A DNA stretch of 54,122 nucleotides, the filler included, from Bipalium vagum (taxonomy: Eukaryota), in the NCBI GenBank assembly GCA_037834085.1. It is 3 parts of 3 records of this genome, joined end to end, with 100 filler letters (N's around TTAATTAATTAA, not from the genome) between each part and the next. Parts side by side here need not be neighbours in the genome. Positions count along the whole stretch, not along the records: positions 38,538 to 54,122 come from JBBMKC010158438.1; 2 more parts are not named here. The stretch is one strand, 5' to 3'. The first letter of the stretch is position 1. Every line of letters begins with the position of its first letter. Shown one piece after another: positions 48,508 through 54,122 of the stretch. The translations under genes and the position numbers were made by a program. Below the pieces are notes generated by a model. It was given only the letters and a program-made list of their open reading frames with translations, searched no databases and was not told where the DNA came from.

Positions 48508-51168
48508 ATGCTTATCAGTTTGGTTATTCTGCTTATATTTGGACAATCTCGTTTAACTTGGACTTGCGTCTTAAATGATGAGTATCGTAAGTCCTTATTT
48601 CTTATTTTCTGAAATATTTTTTATTAAATAATTAATTAGATTGTGACTTTATCACTAATACTATTTATCCCTCACTATTCGTAACATAAGTTTAGGAAAA
48701 ATATTGTTGAACGACATTTCTGTTAGAATTATTTTATAAGAATGTGTAAATCTTCTTTTCAAGAGAATATCAAAATATGGAATAAAATAAAATAATGAAA
48801 AATAAAACATTGTACATGTTAACCGAATGTAACAATGTTATATTTAATGGTGTGTCTTGGGCATTTTTTTTCAAAAGTTATTATTAAGCACAATTAATAA
48901 TTATATTATAATATAATCTTGTGAGCATAATCAATTTATTTTTCAAGTGAACGCTTCATTAATTTATAAACAAATTTGTTAAAAAATTTATTCTTATGAA
49001 ATATGTTTTGAACTTATTTTCAATTCCTCGTCCGTCATGAATATTAAACATTTTAATCCATTAAATGATCGTATAATTTTCTAATTAAACTATTTTATTA
49101 AATTCTGGTTGGTTAAAAATTATTAAGATTCTTTTTTATTGTAAAATAATATTTTTAATTAATCTGAGAACACATTGACAACCCTTTGACTTTTATCTTC
49201 TCCTATTTGAATATTAATATCTAGTTATCGTTCTTTTATGAAAATTAATTCACATATTACTGTATATTCAATAATACGTGTTCTGATGTGATACTGTATC
49301 TCCTTTGTGTATAGGCTATTGCAATGCCGACCATATGTTTGGAGCTACCCTGTAAAATGCAAATAAATGTAGATTACGATTTATACTAAATTTTTTATGA
49401 TTTGAATTATTTAATTTACAGACATATTTATGTCAGCTTTATAATTCATTAAAAAAAATTATTAACATTGAGTTGTTTATAATTGTTAAATTACATTTAT
49501 TATACAATATAATAATGTGTTTTTTAAAATTATAAATAATTGAAATGTATAAACTATTTTCAAGTTTTCAATAATTTATTAAGAAATATATTTATAATAT
49601 TTTACGTATTGTTATCTAATATGTTTTTACACTTTTAGAAATATTTTTATTACAGGGATGGTTCCAAACATATGGACGGCATTGTAGTCACATGACATTT
49701 AAATTGATAAACGATATTACCTTGCAATATTGCAGTAGTTGGTGTTTTAATTTTTTAACATTTTTTTATTTTCTCTGTAATTGATATATGACTTTCAAAT
49801 CTTCATGTTCTACATCCTTTTATATTACTCTCTTGAAGGCTTTAAAGCCCGTTGAAAATGTTATTCTTAGTACCTTGTTGTACTACTTTATTTAGTTTCT
49901 TTTGAGTTTGACTCACTTTACGTCAGATCATTATTAATTAGTTGATCGTTTCATTGATTCCCTTTTCAATATTTTTATCTGAATATGCATTCTTTGTTAA
50001 CCATTCTTTAATAATATAAGTTCTTTATATATACCATACTCAATGAAGAAATCCTTTTATTATGTCATTTTTATATTTATCTTCACAGAAAATATTGTTT
50101 GAAGAACATACACATGTATCCGACTCTTTTCTATATTTTCTCGTCTTTAATTTATTATTCCTTTCCCTTTTAAAATAATAACATCTAGAATTTGAATTTT
50201 TCATCTTTTTCTTTTTCCATCGTGAATTTTATATTTTCATATAGGCTATTGCATATATGTAAGAAAGGATGTATGTGATTTTCACTTTCAAATATTAAAA
50301 TCACGTCTTCCAAGTATCTTTTATAGGGCAATAGTTTATGGTCTTGATATTTTTCGATGTTCGTCTCCAAGTAATCCATGAATATTTATAATGGTGATAG
50401 TTCCAATGAGGACCCCATGGGTACTTCATCTGTTTCTTTATACCATTCATTGTTAAACACAGAAAAAATTGAACGAAATTCAAGTTACTGTTGTAGAGCA
50501 ATGACATCCATGATTTCTTTATTTATATAATATATTTTTTAACTAATAATATAAATATTATAAATATCATTAACCAAAAGGTACAAATCCAAAATATTTT
50601 GTCAACTAATCATTTTTATTTAATTGCTTTTATAATTTTATTAAATTTATTTTTATTAATTTAAAATTTATTATTTCTTCCATTTTACGTACTCAGAAAA
50701 AGTAGTTCACGGAACGGGGAATTTCTCATTATGCACCAATCAAGATTGTACAAAAAGAGTTTACCATCTAGAAGAGAGGATAACCTATCCAAATTGCAAA
50801 ATTGATAATTTTCCACATCCGTTCAAAGTTCAAGTGGCAAAATTAGTGACAAAAATAGGTTTTTTAATAACGCATTGTTTGACTCAAAGTGGATGGGAAA
50901 ACAAAATCGAAGATTACCCTTGTCAAGCCTTTAACAATTTTCAGTTTACTCAAAAACCCAACATGAAAATGAACGACATTTATTTAGTCACTTGCAATGA
51001 AAAAGATCAAGAATTTCCCTTTATTGGTAATATTATTATATTATAAATACGATTCTCAAACATTACAACATATAATACTAATAAGACGTGTCTATTTATA
51101 GTATTAAAACTTTATGCATATATATTTATGCAATAATAGTTACATTTTTTACTAATTCAGAATGTTGA
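48508..51168 (+). CDS. Uncharacterised small secreted cysteine-rich protein (~138 aa), 3 exons
   Basis: Exon 1 48508-48586 (MLISLVILLIFGQSRLTWTCVLNDEY; consensus donor C|GTAAGT, phase 1). Exon 2 50697-51026 (ACTCAG|, 330 nt open, phase 1-1, donor G|GTAATA). Probable exon 3 51161-51168 (TTCAG|AA TGT TGA = E-C-stop), with AATAAA at 51187. Exon 3 is less certain than exons 1-2. Confidence 0.7.
49740..50510 (-). mobile_element. Penelope-like retroelement RT remnant in intron 1 of the secreted-protein gene
   Basis: YKETDEVPMGSSL (Y.Q.DG..MGSPL-like), YKRYLEDVILIF (RYVDD-like), NSLYENIKFTMEKE. Confidence 0.8.
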
Positions 51169-52099
51169 TAACTGAAAAAAAATTAGAATAAAACAATGCA
51201 GTTGGATAGAAATCCGTTTATTTACTGCAATAACAATTGTTCCGCAAGAATAAAATCTCCAATTAAATATTATTCTTTAATTCTGTTTCGACTTTTTGGC
51301 TCTCCTCTTCTTTTGAATTCTCTATCCCTGTTCTGTTTCAAATTTATTTTTTCCTGTTGTGTAAAATCTGATAGTTCCCCAGGTTTCCTCAATCGACCAA
51401 TCAATACTCTCAAGAGAGAAATCTTCCCTCTTTTCTCTTGGCTCACGCAGAAAGGTGGAACTTTCAATTTTTTCAGGTCAAGCCGACATCAGTCGCCTCA
51501 GCTGAATAATTTATTCCTACTTGGCCCATCAGATCCCATTTTACAATAGGAAAATGAAACTCCGGGAGATTTAATTATTCATCTCGGCTCAAATCTGTTC
51601 GTCCAAGCTGAATAATTATTGAATTGAAATTCCTTATTTTAATGAAAAATAAATATTTTCGTGCATGGAAAATTGATAATTAAATTGTATAGGTTACCAT
51701 TTTTCCATTAGTAATATTATTATTATAAAATTATTACTTTAATGTCGTTACCATTATCAATTTAATGTAAGATTTAAAATCAAATAAACTCTAATTAAAA
51801 ATCGGATAATCCTGGACTTTTGCAAGGTGTCTAATATTAAACCTTAGATCACTATTTTGTAACCTTCTGGTAAGCAATTGCAATATTTTAAAACATTCAT
51901 TGTTAGAAAGACTGCAACACTTTATATGGTAAGTAGAATCCTTACACAAACATTTTTTTAATCATTTTAAGTGATTTTAAAATATATGATTTCCATAGTA
52001 AAAATCTAATAAATTCAAATTGTAATTAGTTAAAACAATCATTTTTTTAAAGATACTAAAAATACTAAAATATATTGGAGAAAAGAAACATGAAAATAA

Positions 52100-52480
52100 T
52101 ACGTTCTCTTATTTTTTCAATGTGAATTAAGACAGCAACCACGCCTGGATTATCTAAAATCCCATTCGGCACCCTCAGAAAATAGAGTTTAGCTGCGATT
52201 TATAATTTCAAATATTGGACTGTCTCGGTGCAATGAACCAAACCAGGGTCATTCGTCGACATGTTTTTGATATAATCTACGCTCTTCTCAGAATTATTTT
52301 AGATCGTTAAAAAAAATCAATCGTTTTTAAAATTCAATCATTAATGAATATATCTTGCAGTCCAATACATTAAATTATGCATAATCATTAGGCTTGAGAA
52401 AACTTAATGCAAGTTGGATAAAACATAACCCGACATTTACTCAAAGTGAGGATTTTTTCAAGAAATAGGATACGATGCTC
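52100..52480 (+). mobile_element. Mariner 5' remnant
   Basis: HNH.GLRKLNASWIKHNPTFTQ resembles mariner HL..RK..ARWVPH.LT..Q; upstream EPNQGHSST resembles D.PRSGRPST. Confidence 0.5.
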
Positions 52481-53319
52481 AACCATTTCACTTAAAATCT
52501 TCAAAACACATTAATAAAAATATTTAATATTCAAATATTAAATAATAATATTTAAAAATGATTAATGATAATAATTAAAATTTATTATTCCTGAATGAAT
52601 AACTTTATATATCCTTTTTACCGATAGGAATGTGAACAAATACTTGAACTTTTATAAAACAACTTTTTAAAAAATGAAATAATAAATAAATATTATTATA
52701 AATAAAATTAACAACTATTAATAAAAGGGAATACTTTTATTTCATATGAGACATAGTTAACTTTACAAACAATTTTTATAATATTTATTATTTTTATTAA
52801 ACTTCTAGTAATATTTATCTGCAGAGTTATTCAGAAATATATCGAAAAATATTCAAAATATATAGAAAATTATTCAGAAATATATGGAAATTTTTTTGAT
52901 ATTTTTAAATGTTTTTTTACTTAATTTAAACTGAAATATTATAATATTAAATTAAAGTGAAATATTTTTAAAAAAATTTTGTGGTTTAAGTAAATAATAA
53001 TTATTAGATGTACATGTTGAAAATGACTATTTAATAAGCTACAATTTTATTTATTAAATCAAATTGTTTTAATATTCATATAATATGTTATTATAATAAG
53101 AGAATTATTTAAATTATCAGAAATCAGTTAGAAAATCTTCATACATAATAATAATTTTATATAATAGTAATAATATAAATAAATAAATAATATATATTGT
53201 ACAATATAGATACTAATAATAAATAATTCTGTAATAATTGTAATATATTAAGTTATATTCTTGAGTAGTCATTTGTAAATAAGAATTCAAAGTCGAAGAA
53301 ATAATAATATATTTCATTA

Positions 53320-53527
53320 AGTCCAATTAATCAAACAGACTTTTCAAACTTGGACCTCACCTTTTACTAAAATTAAATTATTTAACTTTTAAAATTAACT
53401 AACATTTATTTAAAATATTTATTTAAAAATTTAAAAAATTTAACATTAACTTTAAATTAAAAACATTTAATAATTGTTAATCCTTATTTTAAAAAATTCA
53501 AAATAACTAATTGTTCGAATCACTCCA
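53320..53527 (+). repeat. ~200-bp dispersed repeat, copy 3 of 3
   Basis: Similar to 4505-4710 and 45280-45510. Confidence 0.85.
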
Positions 53528-54077
53528 TATATATTAAATGATATATAAACATATTAGTAATTCGAAAAAATATTTTTAAAAATCTCCATAAATCATTGAA
53601 TTATAAACACAAACAATATTAGTACTGGGAAACCAAGCGTAATTAACATTTTCAGGGGGATGAAATGAAATTCCTTAGCTTCCTTGACAAGATCTATGAA
53701 CATGTCAAACTTTAATTGCGCATTTTCCCCTAAAATTACAGCGTCAATATTATGATAATGTTACATATTCGGATTTTCACTGTAAATATACATAGTTTAT
53801 ATTTAGAATTTATTATTAAAAAATATAATTACAGACTGAACAATTCCACAATCAATATTTGACACGGTAAATCTGATAGGGAATTTTCGGGTAGATTAAC
53901 ATGATATTTTGTTTCTCTCAAAAATTTGCGAGAATCGGTTGATATTTCTATTTTCCACATAAACATAATTAGAAAAGTAACAAGTCTTCACCGCAAAATC
54001 TGTAGCATTTCCATTCAATATTCATACAACTAGAATACCGAGAAAATAATAATTAAAAAATCAATTTTCTGGAATAT

Positions 54078-54085
54078 TTCTTCTT

Positions 54086-54115
<30 letters not shown>
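54078..54115. repeat. (TTC)n microsatellite
   Basis: Perfect TTC run. Confidence 0.95.
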
Positions 54116-54116
<1 letters not shown>

Positions 54117-54122
54117 TTATTA

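Noticed and set aside
49320-49690. Inverted pair TACAGGG..CCAAACATATGG.CGGCATTG as one MITE
   Set aside because: The two TIR-like sequences face outward, so they are ends of two separate decayed elements.
51196-51549. 117-aa ORF (and antisense 65-aa ORF) as a continuation of the secreted protein
   Set aside because: No phase-1 acceptor enters this frame and there is no recognisable motif; probably a repeat or 3' flank.
52100-52500. Extra exons of a minus- or plus-strand gene
   Set aside because: The open stretch translates to mariner-like motifs.

Overview
Very AT-rich, intron-containing eukaryotic (animal) genomic DNA. A free-living flatworm (planarian) is my inference, from the (AAT)n microsatellites, dense Tc1/mariner debris, a double alpha-crystallin p40-type small HSP and a divergent LC8 dynein light chain. 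The window is three sequence pieces joined by 100-nt artificial spacers (N44-TTAATTAATTAA-N44 at 20206-20305 and 38438-38537), plus a 10-N gap, so adjacency across the spacers is unproven. Four host genes can be supported. (1) A synaptotagmin-like gene (+), five phase-compatible coding exons at 20618-36326, with a degenerate Ca2+ site in C2A and the 3' half of C2B not found. (2) An intronless small HSP with two alpha-crystallin domains (-, 38906-39781). (3) A two-exon LC8-family dynein light chain (-, 45710-46036). (4) A three-exon gene I do not recognise, assembled by hand, for a ~138-aa signal-peptide protein with up to 8 Cys (+, 48508-51168), which the ORF track shows only in part. The rest is mostly decayed DNA transposons (mariner, Tc1/IS630, rosa-like, pogo/Tigger), retroelement fragments (gypsy RT, Penelope), two tRNA-derived SINE-like copies and simple or tandem repeats. 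I see no CRISPR array, rRNA or prokaryote-like system.
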